Source of the DNA: Cirrosporium novae-zelandiae
Lineage: Eukaryota
Direction of reading: 5' to 3'
NCBI GenBank assembly: GCA_026023565.1
Contig: JAPETS010000070.1
Location: 1-64,000 of the forward strand
Length of the DNA: 64,000 bases
A program made the translations under genes and the position numbers. Under the pieces are notes generated by a model. The model saw nothing but the letters and a program-made list of their open reading frames with translations. It was not told the DNA's origin and did no database searches. The first letter of the stretch is position 1, and every line of letters starts with the position of its first letter. Below are positions 1 through 12,728 of this stretch, one piece after another.

Positions 1-809
1 ACCAACCTTAGTAAGTAAGGGAGGCTGTGGTTTCTGTTAAGGATCTCGGAAGATGCCGTGCCAAGACTAGATAGTATAACTAGAATATTTTGGATAAATT
101 TAATAAAGAACCATACACAAAATCACATATGGACGGATATAAAAGTACTTGGAAACAATATAGGCTGAATAATCACGCCAAGAGACTAGAGAATAAGGCC
201 CGTGTACCCAAACGAATATAATGCTAAAATTCAAGTAGTAGGCTGAAAAGCTTGGTGTAACTGTTTCGCCGACCTACCATCGTAGTAGCAATAATGTAAG
301 TATATGCTTGATACAAAATCGTTTTTTATCAGGCCAGTGATGTATGACGATCTAACATTGAGAAGGTTTTTCGATTTTCTGTTCGTTTTGAAAAAAAGAG
401 AGAAATTTGTTATTTTGTGGTGATGATGGTGGGGAGGACTTTGAATCCCCCCTGTCGATTTCTTTGAATTTTGATAACCCTCTTTCGTATCTTTCGGATA
501 GAAAGGTATTCTCAATGCCCACACATCCGCTATACTTGGTTGAAAGCACCTAAAAGCCGTTCACATGTTCCATGCAGTCAACTCCAAGTGGGGCTGACAG
601 GTAGGTGTAGTCTTATCAGATTGGATTCTCTCACACCTGATTGACCTGCCTGAAAGGAGTGAGTGGTGCAACTTGGTGTGCACACAGTATATATATATTC
701 AAGTCGTTTACCACTGTCTGTTTTGGTAGAACAGGAATTTTTCTCATTGTCTCTCCCGTCTCTCTTCGTCTCCTTGTCTATCTCTCTTCTCCTTATCCAG
801 CAAGGCAAA

Positions 810-2086
810 ATGAAGTTCGCAGCTGTTCTTTCGGTCCTTGCCACCACAGTGGCTACGGTCAACGCGCAAGTCTTCACCATTGCACTTCGAGTTGTACATA
901 CTCAGTAGTATTACTTTTACTAACCTGTGAGCAAAAAACAGCCTGTCATCGTGTATTCTCTCTTGCCAGGAGACCGAGGCCACTGCATCTGGCTGTAGCA
1001 GTAACTAGTATGTTTCCATCAGTCATTTCTTTTTTTTTTTGATTTATCAAGACCAACCAAACCGACTCGACTCGACTGACACATGCTTCTATCTATCTGT
1101 CTACTGTAGCAACACCACCCTATGCTACTGCTCCAGCGAATTCTCCACAAATGTCAAGGCATGCCTATACAAGAACGACTGCGACAGTGACGTATCGACC
1201 TTTTACAACAACGTCGACGATTTCTGCGACGGAGACGAGGAAACCTCGACATCGTCGTCAAGTGCGACCACCAGCGACACCGACGGTACTCTGGGAACAT
1301 GTGTTCTCGCTTGTCAGGAATCTGCAGCATCTGAAGCTGGATGCTCTGGAAACTAGTATGTTATGTTAACCCTTTTACAGTACTCTGCAAGTCCCATCCA
1401 CGGCTAAACTAAATACTGCGTGTGTGTGTGTGTGTTTGTGTGTGGGACTAACTGAATTACTTTATCCATCTAGCAACCAGACTTCATGCTACTGCGATAA
1501 CAGCGAATTTGCTCTTGATGTCAAGGCTTGCTTATACCAGTCCGTTCCTCCCCCTCCCCAATCACAACTTTCCCTCTTTCTTTCTTTTAATTCGTTCATC
1601 TGACACAATCCAATCTATTTAAGAAACTGCTCCGATTACGTAAGCGTCTTCTACAACTACCGATCTGATATCTGCGACACCCAAAACTCTACCGAGTGGG
1701 AAAGCTCCATCGCTGCAACCAGTGCTACCGCTGTTTCCACCAGCATCTCCACCAGCATCTCCGTCGCAACTAGCGCCGCTGTCACCACCAGTGCCGCCGC
1801 TGCAGCCTCCAGCAGTACCTCTACTACCACTGCCGCAGCAAGCTCCAGCTCCAACGGCCTCAGCGCCGGCGCCAAAGCTGGAATAAGTGTCGGTTCCATC
1901 GTAGGCGGACTCCTCATAATCGGCGCTATAGCCTTCGCTATTCTGCGCAGACGTAAGGCCGCTTCTGCAGCTAAGAAGGATGCTGAAGCTGCACAGCCTG
2001 TTAAGGAGATTAAGGAGATTAAGAATATTAAGGATACGGATATGGGGTCTATGACTTCTGATGATACGGCTGTGTATCATCATTAG
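810..2086 (+). CDS. Type I membrane protein with two tandem CFEM-like (8-Cys) domains, Ser/Thr/Ala stalk and one TM helix
   Basis: Hand-spliced exons 810-865, 942-1007, 1110-1355, 1474-1539, 1624-2086 give an open frame: signal peptide MKFAAVLSVLATTVATVNA, CILSC...C...CYC...C...C...C twice, S/T/A-rich linker, LSAGAKAGISVGSIVGGLLIIGAIAFAIL-RRRK, stop TAG at 2084-2086. Confidence 0.85.
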
Positions 2087-4299
2087 GTAGACATATTGGT
2101 GTTGGGGATTTGAAGGGAGGGGTGGAGCGTTTGGGTTAGTTGGTTGAATGGTTGATTAGTTCAAGGCCATTCGTCTGTTCGTGGTGGGATATTATGGTGG
2201 TAGAACTAATTCTTATAGCTGAGTAGGAAAAAAAAAAAAGGAGCTACAGTAGCATCCTAAGAAAGGAAGGGGGTTAAATAAATAATGAACAGAAGAATAA
2301 TAGTTAAAGAATTCCTCTATTTTCTAGAGAAATATTCCATAATGTATAGGTAGCTACTGTACTGTACTGGACGACAGTCCTATATGCCATGGTAGCCCAG
2401 TCTAACTTTTGGCACAAGCAAGCTGTCGAAGTGCATCTTCCTTCTTCCACATATATCATATATGATCATCACTCCCCCTCTCCCTCTCCCTCTTCATCAC
2501 TTCATAAGATAGATATGTAACCAGCCAAACAAAAAAAAAAAAAAAAAGAAAGCCTTCTCCTCCTTCTCCCCTCCCACTACACGGTCCAATTCCCATTATA
2601 ATAAAAAAAAAATAAAAAAAAAAAATAAACACCCTATAATACTTTAGAGGGGGTATGATGTAATTGATTAAACTAAACCAACAAGATCGAAAACAAACAA
2701 ACAAAATAATAATAATAATAATCGGGAATTGCCCTATTTTTGATTTGTATATATATTTTTCTCTATAGGAAATTGAAGTAAAGTGGAGAAAGGTAAAGGA
2801 AATTTATTTCGAGCTGTTGTATCATAGGGTGGGTGGGTTAGAATGAGTGAGTGAGTGAGTAAGTGAGTAGAGTGGGGTGGGGTGGGGGGGTTCCTATACA
2901 TACATACATACATATTTATATGGGGAAAACCTGAAAGCTTGAGGAAAGAAAGAGAGAGAGATATACTTTGTTGAGCAAAGAGGGTAGGTATAACCCAACC
3001 TACCTACCTACCTAATGTCACTCTTTCACACTATCCCACCATCAAAGCATTTTTTTATCCCCCCTTCCCACCTTTTTAGTCTTTATTGATGTTATTCAAT
3101 CAGGGATCGGAATCCCTAACAGCCCAGCCCCTCTTTCTTACTTTTATCATCTCATCTCTTCTTCTTCTTCTCTCCTCAGGGCTTGTGTTTCTATATACCT
3201 ATAACCCCCCCTTACCTTCCCTTCTCTATTTTTTGCACTAAGGAAATGTAGCAAAGAAACTCCCCCCCCCCCTCAACCAATCAAAATCTAATCTAATCTG
3301 CCTGAATGCTATAATACCCACCCCCCCCCCCCCTCCACTTTTTGGAAAAGTAACTTTATTTGGGGATGGTCGGGGGTGGTCGGGGGGTAAATGTTAAGCC
3401 GATCGTAAAGATTAAAGGTTTGAGATTGAGATTAAGAAGAAAAGGATGTTTAGGATGGTTAAGAGCTAGTTAATAATTAGGGGCTTAATTAATGGGCGTG
3501 TTAGGTGTGTATATAGGAGAGAGAGAGTAGTAGTGTGTATGTATTACGGGATGAATTTTGAAATTTTAAAGTTTAGAGAAATGGTTTAATATATATATGG
3601 ATTTTGATTTTTATTTGGGGGAGGTTTTTTTTTATAATAGGGGGGGGAATAAGGATATGTGTTATAAGTCCAGTCAGTTAGTATAATGGAAGGCGCTTAT
3701 TAATTAATTAAGATAAGATATATATAATGTGGATCTCGCATGAGGGGGGGGGGGGGGGGTTGGAGGGAATTTAATATAATGTAGATGTATGGAATGGATC
3801 AATCAATCAATCAAAATAAAAATCTTCCCCCCCCCCGCCCCCCCTTTTTTTTGCACACCTCTAATACCCTTAAAAACTTTATATTCTTTACGATATCATA
3901 CTGGAGCAGGCTCGTAAGCTCGCGGGCCCTTAGGGACATTACAATTTCGCAGACACAAATCACTAAATCACTCCCCACCGACTAATAACGGAGGCTATGC
4001 ACTACTACTACTATCACTACAACTACTACTCACAAAATTAAGAAAAGAGAGCTCTCGCAATCTGTCTGTCAATTGCTATTGTGTCATGTGTTGGATTGAA
4101 CTGAACTGAACTGAACTGAACTGGGATCTTTTAGTAATTATAGGGAGCTAGGGACAAGAAAAAGGGGAATGAAAGATAGAAAGAAAGAGTAATAGTTTTT
4201 GCTAATGCTGAATAGATTTAGTTTTCATGACCGCGTCCAAGTTATACTCATGTAACTTGCAGCTAGCTAGCTTCCTGATGTCATACCCAGTTCCAACTT

Positions 4300-5720
4300 T
4301 CACTCCGCCCCATGCGGTCTAATAGGCCTTAGCTTCTCCACGGTATCGAGATTACACGCCACCTTCACCAGATGGATATCCTTGGACGTCATGCGCAAAT
4401 TGTACTTGAAATCCGGTTGGAAGAAGCCGAACAGCATATCCAGAGGGAATCCGATATCGAAGGGTACGGCGGAATCGATGTCGTCGATTTCCTCGTCTGT
4501 GAGTTCCAGGGTGAGGGCTTCGATGTTGCCTTTGAGATGTTGGACTTTGCGGCCGCCGACGATTGGGAATACGTAGGGGGCTTTGTGCATGACATATGCA
4601 AGAGCCTATTGATCCGGTGTATTAGCATTGGGGTATTGGGAGGGGGGGTTCAAATCCAACTAGGAATATCCAAGGATGCCAAAATAAATACAGTACATAC
4701 CACACTGGTGATTAGCGTTTTCTTTTTCTTGGCTATCTCCTCCAACTTTTCTGTAACTTTGATTTCCTTTTCCGTTACTGCCGCAATATTTCTTCCTTCT
4801 GTCCCTTCGGCCTCTCTCTGCTCTTTAGTTTTAAAGTGGCCGCCCCCCAGAGCTCCCCAGGGCGCCAGCGCCATACCCTCTGCCTCACACATGGGCAAAA
4901 TGTCCCGTTCAAAGTCTCGGAGTGCGGCGCTCCAATGACCTTGATAGACGCTAAATTGCGTCAGGCCATGGGAGCGCGCATACTCGTTCGCCTTGGAGAC
5001 TATCCAAGCGGAGGTATCGCTGATACCGAGGTAGAGCACTTTTCCAGAGTCGATCATGCGGTTCAGAGACTGCATCAATTCAGGGATCGAGGTCGTGAAA
5101 TCCCACCAATGGACGTAGAGAATATCGACATAGGAGGTTTGTAGCTTCTTCAACGAAGCGTCAAGCGATATACGCATGCTCTTCATATGGTTGCCCTGGA
5201 AATTGCATCTGATCGTCTCTTCGCCCCCTTGGTAATAGTAATTAGTAAATTTGGTGGCAATAACCATTTGGTCACGGTTCTTGTGCGAAACCATCCATTC
5301 ACCAATCCATTTCTCCGACTCCTCATTCTGATAGTTATTTGCACTGCGGTGATATTTTAACACAAGAACCTAGCAAGAGATGAAAATACATACGTGTCAA
5401 TAAAGTTTCCTCCGTTCTCGAAGAAATAGTCTAGCATCTCGAAGGCTGTCTTCTTTTCACACACTAGCATCGGCTCATTAGCAACGTAACCTTTAAATAG
5501 TGGGATACGGGGAATATATATACCACCCAACATTTCCCTCCTTGCGTGAAGTCAGCAGCTTGCTAACCTCTCTCTATAAGGGAAGAAGTAGCACTTACCA
5601 CGCCTCTCCAAAATTCATTGCACCCAAGCAGAGGGGAGAGACCCTGACGCCCGCTGACGGTGATAGGATGCGGTGATAGCCTAGGGCGCTCTTGGGTTTG
5701 GGCACGGCTCTGAAAGACAT
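4300..5720 (-). CDS. Aldo-keto reductase, aryl-alcohol dehydrogenase / norsolorinic acid reductase (AAD/NorA/StcV) type
   Basis: N-terminus [41 protein letters not shown] 4650-5363 has [37 protein letters not shown]; last exon [14 protein letters not shown]; several canonical introns. Confidence 0.93.
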
Positions 5721-7669
5721 GTTTGATAGAAGATCTGAGTGTTAAAGTTTTGATTCTTGTTGTAATAGATAGTATTCAGGAGGGAACTATTTTTGCAAGA
5801 GAAGGGGAGACACACTTTCTTAAATATCCCTTTTGTGCAACTAGTTTCTTACGTCATGTAGGAGAATAGGTATATACGAGACAGAAGTACTCGTATTCGA
5901 AAAACTGCATCAATTGCTATTCCTTGTTGAATCGCACACTAAACCATGTTCCTCACACACTGTACAATGCTAGGTTACCCAATAACCAAGCCAACTTTCG
6001 ATAGCTCAACACTCCCCACGGAGGAAACACTGGTTTAAAAGTTAGCTTCAACGAGCAAAGACATTTCGGCCTTCAATTACGTAGGAAATGTCAATTGCAC
6101 GTTTGATCTGATTGTGCCATCGTCGATCTTCAGTTTTGAAGAGTCCGTTTGGAGGTTGATAGGCCGATAATTTATGCAAATTATTCTACCCTCTGGGTTG
6201 TGGATAAGGTCGGAGGATCTAAGCGGCGATTGCGGAGTTAGGAAGCGGTGATAAGTTCTTGTCAACCTGATCAGGACGGGAGCCAAGAGGGCCACTTTTC
6301 TAGATTTGGGAAATGGTCAATGGCCAATGATTATATAGCTAATTAAAGGGGAAATGCTTGGGTGATTAAAGGCACAATACTTTATGCTCGGAGACCGTGA
6401 AGTAGTTGTGCAAAGCATCGGGTCTGATGGATATGTTATGATCCGAATTTCCAGCGAGACGGTTTGATTGAAGCCCGTCGTGCTCTTTCTTTGTTTCCTC
6501 TCTTTATTGGAAAACAGGGTAGTCTTTATGGCTCGCTGAATGAAATGGAGTTAGAATTCCATGTGGTTCAATTAAACACAATTACCCTTAGGTTAACCAT
6601 ACAAGCATAAAAGCTGATATAGAGTGTAGGATGACTCTAGATTACCCTTACGAAAAAGAAAATTAGCCAGTAGCCAGATAACCATAAGAAGTTATAAAAG
6701 TGAAGGCCACATACACAGCTGTAAATAAATTTATCCATCAAGTAATCATTGTCCACAGTTTGGTTTTGAGGCTCGGAATTACTAACATAGCATAAGGTAT
6801 TTCACTGACTGGGGAGTGAACTTAGAAGATTGTGGTGATGCTTGCTGAACTTCTAAGCTCAGCAGAGACCTTCTCCAGAAGGAATGGCGCACCAGCCGCC
6901 TAGGGTAGGAAACCTAATGTAAGGTCCCAGTAGCCGTAACACATAACTTCCATCTTAACGTGAGCAGTCCTCCAGCAGTAGAATATTAGATGGAAATATT
7001 TATCAGCATCAAATTATACCCTTCCTACAGATTCAATGTAGTACCCGGTGCTAGCTTTGTTATATGGTTGCTAACTGGGCCACAGGATGCCGATAAAAAG
7101 GTATGAAAGAATCTTGAGAAATCTGTTGGGAAGTTTATCTTCGTCACAGTTAGCTGTCTTTCATGATATGCTGGTTTAGGTTCAATAAAGACTCATACTT
7201 ATCGAGGTTACCTTCTATGAGATCATGTTTCAGGCATGGATAACCAGTTATACCTGCTGAGTCGAGGGTGTCTTGAACTGGAGTACACTATGCCGACCAG
7301 TGTACGCGGATACATATCGTTTTTTTCCAATCCCAGTTATTGACAGAAAGCTGCGAAGCCCTTTCAACCTTTTTTGCAGGAAAGATGGTCTAATATTCAA
7401 AGAGTTGCTTTGATATTGTTGTGTCGCTTTCAAGTCATTCCAAAGCCTTTTGGGAACGAGTGATCTAGCTAAGAATCAAAGCGCTCATATATCATGGTTG
7501 ACTTTGCAACATAACAGTTCAACAATAGCATAGCCAGTAACGCTGTTGCTAGTTCTGGTTCTTCCACTTCAGATCCTTGAAAATTTGTAAGCGTTTTTAG
7601 GCAAAATGTTCCTTATTAATTAAAAAGTGCCTCTAAGGCGACAGACAGCCTTCGCATCGAGGATTTTAA

Positions 7670-8230
7670 ATGAGCCAAGATCAGCGAGACCCATATTGCT
7701 AACTCCCTTTCCTGAACCAGCCACTGCTAGGTACACGATCAGGATATGGTGACTCCCTCGTAGAGAACAGGAGCGACACTATCGAAAGAATAGCATCTGG
7801 AATCTTGGCAACGGAGTGGATACTGTCAATCTAGTAATCAGCCTACCCACAATATCCCTTTCTACCACTGGCCACTTACTATTCTATGTGCGAGCAGCTA
7901 CTTGGCAATATTTCTTCATACTGGAGACGGGGTCAGCAAGATATCTGAAAGTCTAGTACTTGAAGTATACTCATTTGCGCCCCCTTCGTAGTCGCCCATC
8001 TGACCCTGGTATCTAGCTTAAGTCCCCACTCCGACCCGATCGCCAACTTTAATGTTCTTAGCTTTAAACGCTAACTCGAGCTAGCTCGGTGACGATCCTG
8101 TGGCTGAATACAACCAGGTAAAATAATTGGACCCCAGCAAGTACTAAAAGCACGGATATGACCCACAATGTCAGCAGGTTGCAGATTCCGGGGATGTGGT
8201 CCTGACAAAGATTGTATTAAAGCCAATCAA
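7670..8230 (-). pseudogene. Degenerate Zn-dependent (cinnamyl/NADP-type) alcohol dehydrogenase relic
   Basis: Colinear fragments on the minus strand: CWGPIILPGCI, KNIKVGDRVGVG (8024-8050) followed by a stop, a GTAAGT...GCTGAT...TAG intron, VAKIPDAI, APVLYEGVTI (~7744-7775), AVAGSGKGV; broken by stops and frameshifts. Confidence 0.7.
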
Positions 8231-10501
8231 GGCACAAATATCAATATCAAGATTACGTATGGTAGTTATATGCGGTTTGGCATTTGATAACACGGGATCA
8301 TGAAACATGATTGCCGTAATTTAGCAAATCGTATCAACGGCAGGCAAATGTAGATGACGAAACGAGAGTAATCCTTTCTATTTCTCTAGCGACTTATAAT
8401 CAATAACGGCTACAATTTAAGAATTTCCCGTGGGTCTAAACGTTTCTAGGCAACGTTGGGCGATTTTGTTTGTTAGGCTGCCGAGCAATTTAGATGGGCA
8501 TTTATGTTACTATCACCACTTATACGGAAAATACTTTAACCGCATAACACAATCATTACAGCATTTGTAGAATGTCTCAGTAACAAGAAGTAATAGCCAA
8601 GGTGGACTTTAAACATATCTAATCTATCTCTGTATTATTTTCCTGCTCCTTTTTTTGACCAATCTGCCTCTCAAGGATAACAGCAAGACCAACTGGAATA
8701 TTTCAACGTTCAGATGTCATGGAGATAATGGAGATAACTAGGCAGCAACCAGCTACCGGTGAAGATACACAAAGTCAGTAGTTTTGCGTAGCTGCAATTG
8801 AATTCAATCGATCAATCAATTGTGGGGATAGTGGGAATATGACAGGGTTATTGGCAACTTGAGCATGCAAGATGATTCCACATGTTGCCATCATGTTCAT
8901 GGCTAATTATCGGCACTGTTGTGTTCCTGAGAATATTTCAATACTTGGCATTCGACAGGATCACGCCACAAGGACATACAGGCACAAGAACAATTTAGTT
9001 GGTTGAGAAGCCAATTAAATATCACTTTCCAAAGGAAGGAGTCTTGGGACTTTACATATCGAAAGATTAACATATAGAGATGGCTAAGTTTCCTAGAGAG
9101 CCATGTCGAGCACGTTCATAATGTGGAGTTGAGAGGTTATTGTTTGTGGAGCCCTAGAACGGCAACCCCTGGCGATAGTTGCCCACTAAGCCTTATTGTT
9201 TAACGGAAAGTCAAGGAACACCATCAAAGGCTCAACTTTGCAACCTAGAATCATTTTAGGACGCGGGAAAGCTAGAAGGCGCGGTCCCATTAATTACCCC
9301 GAGGAGACATTCGGGCTCTCGTACCTGTTAGAGAAAGGTAATCTACCCCACTCCATTCATCATACTGAGTTCAAGAAAGCGTTAATTTCTTATTCCTAGC
9401 ACGAGGAATGGAACCAAAATAAGCAAAGAAGCGGCCAAACTTGCGTTATTCAATATATAACGGAATGCATTAAAGCCTTGGTCGTCCATACACATTATAG
9501 TCAAAAATAGGGGTTGAAATTCGGCAGGGCGTGTAGTGGTAAAATGAGGTTCAATTTAAGTATAACAAAGTGCTTATCAGCAAAACGTTGGACTATCTAT
9601 GTTTGGTGGCACGTGCGCATGTGCTCTTATCTAATCTGACCTTAGGTGATGTGGCTCAGGGCAGTCCACAACAACAACAACGTACCAGTAAAGCCTTGGG
9701 AGATGAACTGCTGAGCGCATAAATTTCTAGATGGTAATAAATTCATCTTAGTACTACTATATATGCTTACAAATCAGGCCATTCAAACCAATTTAACGGC
9801 CGGCTTAAATTCACCTTCTACGCTATTAGACCAAACGGATAGCCCAATTCCGAATACAGTATTGCACGTTCACAACAACTTGCATTCCTTGAGATCACCA
9901 GCTATAAGATATAGCTTCATAAGAGGCCAGAATACTAGACGCTACTTCCTAATTGGTTCCGTGTGTGATGATGCAATGAGGTAAGGTGGGTCTGAGTTTT
10001 TCAAACATACAAAGCACATAGGATATACAGTGCAAGCGGGTGTGGCTCCCGGAATCTAACTAGGGATGGCTACTATGAGAATGTGTCATATGTAATAACG
10101 GGTCGTCGAAGATCTTGGGGCAGTGCAACTCTTATCTGCCCCTTGTACTGTCACCCTTCAGGGACGGTGAGATATCTGTGTGACTTATTACCTATTTCTA
10201 TTGTGAAATTTCTCCAAGATCCACGATTCACCGTACTACGGTAGTAACTTTCACAATAATTCATACCACCGTGTTTACGAGTATTCAACGTATGATAGAC
10301 TAACAGACCACGTTAGCCAAGAGTACCTCAGCCACACTGCTGCTCTGATCCGCAGGATCAAGAAGGTCTCAAGGCTACGTTTTCTCCTCGGTCGAATATG
10401 GATATAAATATGGCTCTAAGAAACTGGTATGGATTCAATCGAACAGAAGACATCATATCTTGTGTTTTATATCCCGAATTAGCAAAATCATTATTTTCAT
10501 C

Positions 10502-11702
10502 ATGGCAGTCAATGCGACCATGCGCGGTGTTGTCTGGGAAGGACAGCCTTACAACGTTACTGTCATGGATCTGCCAATTCCAACCCTCCAAGCTGGGACT
10601 GACGCACTGGTTCGTATCACAACTGCTGCCATCTGTGGGACAGACCTTCATACCTACCACGGAGTCTACGGAAGCACATACGCACCTTGGGGAATGGGCC
10701 ATGAGGCTATAGGTGTTATCACAGAAATTGGCAACAGTGTGGCATCCCTAGGGGTTGGCGATCGAGTTGTCATTCCGGATATGCCAGACGACGGATACCT
10801 CAACATGGAGCCTCAGACAGAGGTGTTAGCTTTCGGATTGGGGGCCAATTACGGGACAACAGGTGGCTGCCAAGGTAGGTAACCAATTCAACTGGGCAAT
10901 ATTAAGCATCGCAATTTTGTTAATATCTTTCAATTCAGCGGAGTATGTTCGTGTTCCATTTGCGGACAACAGCCTCATAACCCTCCCGACAACAAACAGC
11001 TCAACAAACAGTTCACATGAGCTCGATTATCTTTTTACCTCTGATATTTTCGCCACCGGTTGGACTGCCCTTGACTTTGCTGGGTTTGAACCTGGAGATA
11101 CAGTTGCTGTCTTTGGTGCTGGGCCTGTTGGGTTGCTCTCCGCCTACTCTGCGATACTACGAGGTGCTTCAAAAGTATACTCGGTTGACTCTGTCCCATC
11201 GCGTCTTCAAAAAGCAGCCTCGATTGGGGCGATCCCCATTAGCCTTAACGAGTCAGACCCTGTGGAGCAAATTCTCAGTTATGAGCCGCTGGGGGTGACA
11301 AGAAGTGTTGACTGTGTTGGCTTTGAAGCTGTTAATAGCAATCTTGAGCTCCAGGAAAACGTGGTTATTATGAATATGATTAATGTCACATCCACTGGGG
11401 GTGGCATAGGCCAGGTCGGCGTTTTTTCGACACAAGTTAATAGCACAGGAGCTCCCCGAGGAAGTACTCTCTCATCTAACATTGAGTTCCCCATGACCTC
11501 TTTCTTCAACAAGGGTTTAACCTTCAGGGCCGGCGGGGTAGATCCAAAGGCTATAGCATCTGAGCTCGTGGATCTCATCGCTAGCGGTAGGGCCGAGCCG
11601 AGTTTTATTATTAGCAGTGAAATTGATATCGAAGACGCACCGGAATATTATGCTCGGTTTGACGAGCATCTAGAAACGAAGGTTGTCATCCGTTTCCCGT
11701 AA
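10502..11702 (+). CDS. Zn-dependent medium-chain dehydrogenase, glutathione-independent formaldehyde dehydrogenase-like
   Basis: ICGTDLH, GHEAIG, GCQAEYVRVPFAD, SDIFATGW, VFGAGPVG; one intron at ~10875-10938. Confidence 0.92.
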
Positions 11703-12728
11703 AACGATCAAGGAGAAACGACTTAAAAAATGGGAAATATGATATTTTCGCGCTGTGATATGGTCGCTTGGGGGAGGAGTGGAGGGGGGGTTATATTCCA
11801 AGTATAGGAGTAGTCCTCGGTATCCAACATGCCGCCTAGCTAGAGGTGTGGTTTCTAGTAGGAATATAACGATGTTTCGGGATATTTATTTTGTGCCAAG
11901 GCTAAAACATAGATTACCTCTTTTCATGATATTAATTCTCCATCCTTGTACGAAATAACAGAGGGCTGTCCCCCCTAGCAGGGAAGTAGATAGATTTCAC
12001 AAGGAGACGGTCATTTGGTTATTTGACAGCATCCTTGATGTGCTAGTTATAATGGCCCGACAATCATTGATATGCGTTGTGAACAAATGTGACCCCGGAA
12101 ACCACTATTCCGGGATAACGTATGCACCGGTGTAGCCGGCCCACAACTTAAGCGAGGGATCATAAAGCCCCAGAGACGTCGTTCTGTAGACAACCTACAA
12201 CACCAACCTCTTTATCCCTCCATCATCCTTCCCCAATACTATTTACAACAATAATTATTTGTGCTATTATGCTTTCAAATATCAAAAAAGTGACAAGAAA
12301 GCCCCCCCCCCCCCTTTCCAAAGAAAACAGAATCTCAAAAATGTTGAAAGTCCTACGTATAATCAAATTCTAATTTCACGTCTCCAGTAATGTTTGTCAG
12401 AAGCCTTGTATAATATAACCTACCTAGAGGTGGACTCAAACAGGAGGGGTTTTGACTTCTTCACCGAAGATTGATTAATAACTAGTCTTAGGTATTGAGT
12501 GTTGATGTCTGGGGAGTCAACTTTGGCCGCAGACTAAACTCGGACTCCACCTCTGGGAGGTTACATTATTCATCCACCAAGGACCTTTATGACCTCAATC
12601 TAGCAAACTATAAATCTAACGTCTAATGTTTTTGGCTCGGTTAAACAATAACAAACATATCCTCCGATCACACATGCACATGCCCCAACCACGGCATGTT
12701 CACAAGCGCAAATACTTTTATCGTTCTG

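Noticed and set aside
1619..2083. Minus-strand Gly/Ala-rich ORFs
   Set aside because: Antisense shadows of the S/T-rich last exon of the CFEM gene
7040..7460. Possible spliced gene relic on the plus strand (GCTAAC..CAG, GTATGA)
   Set aside because: All frames are interrupted and I recognise no protein motif
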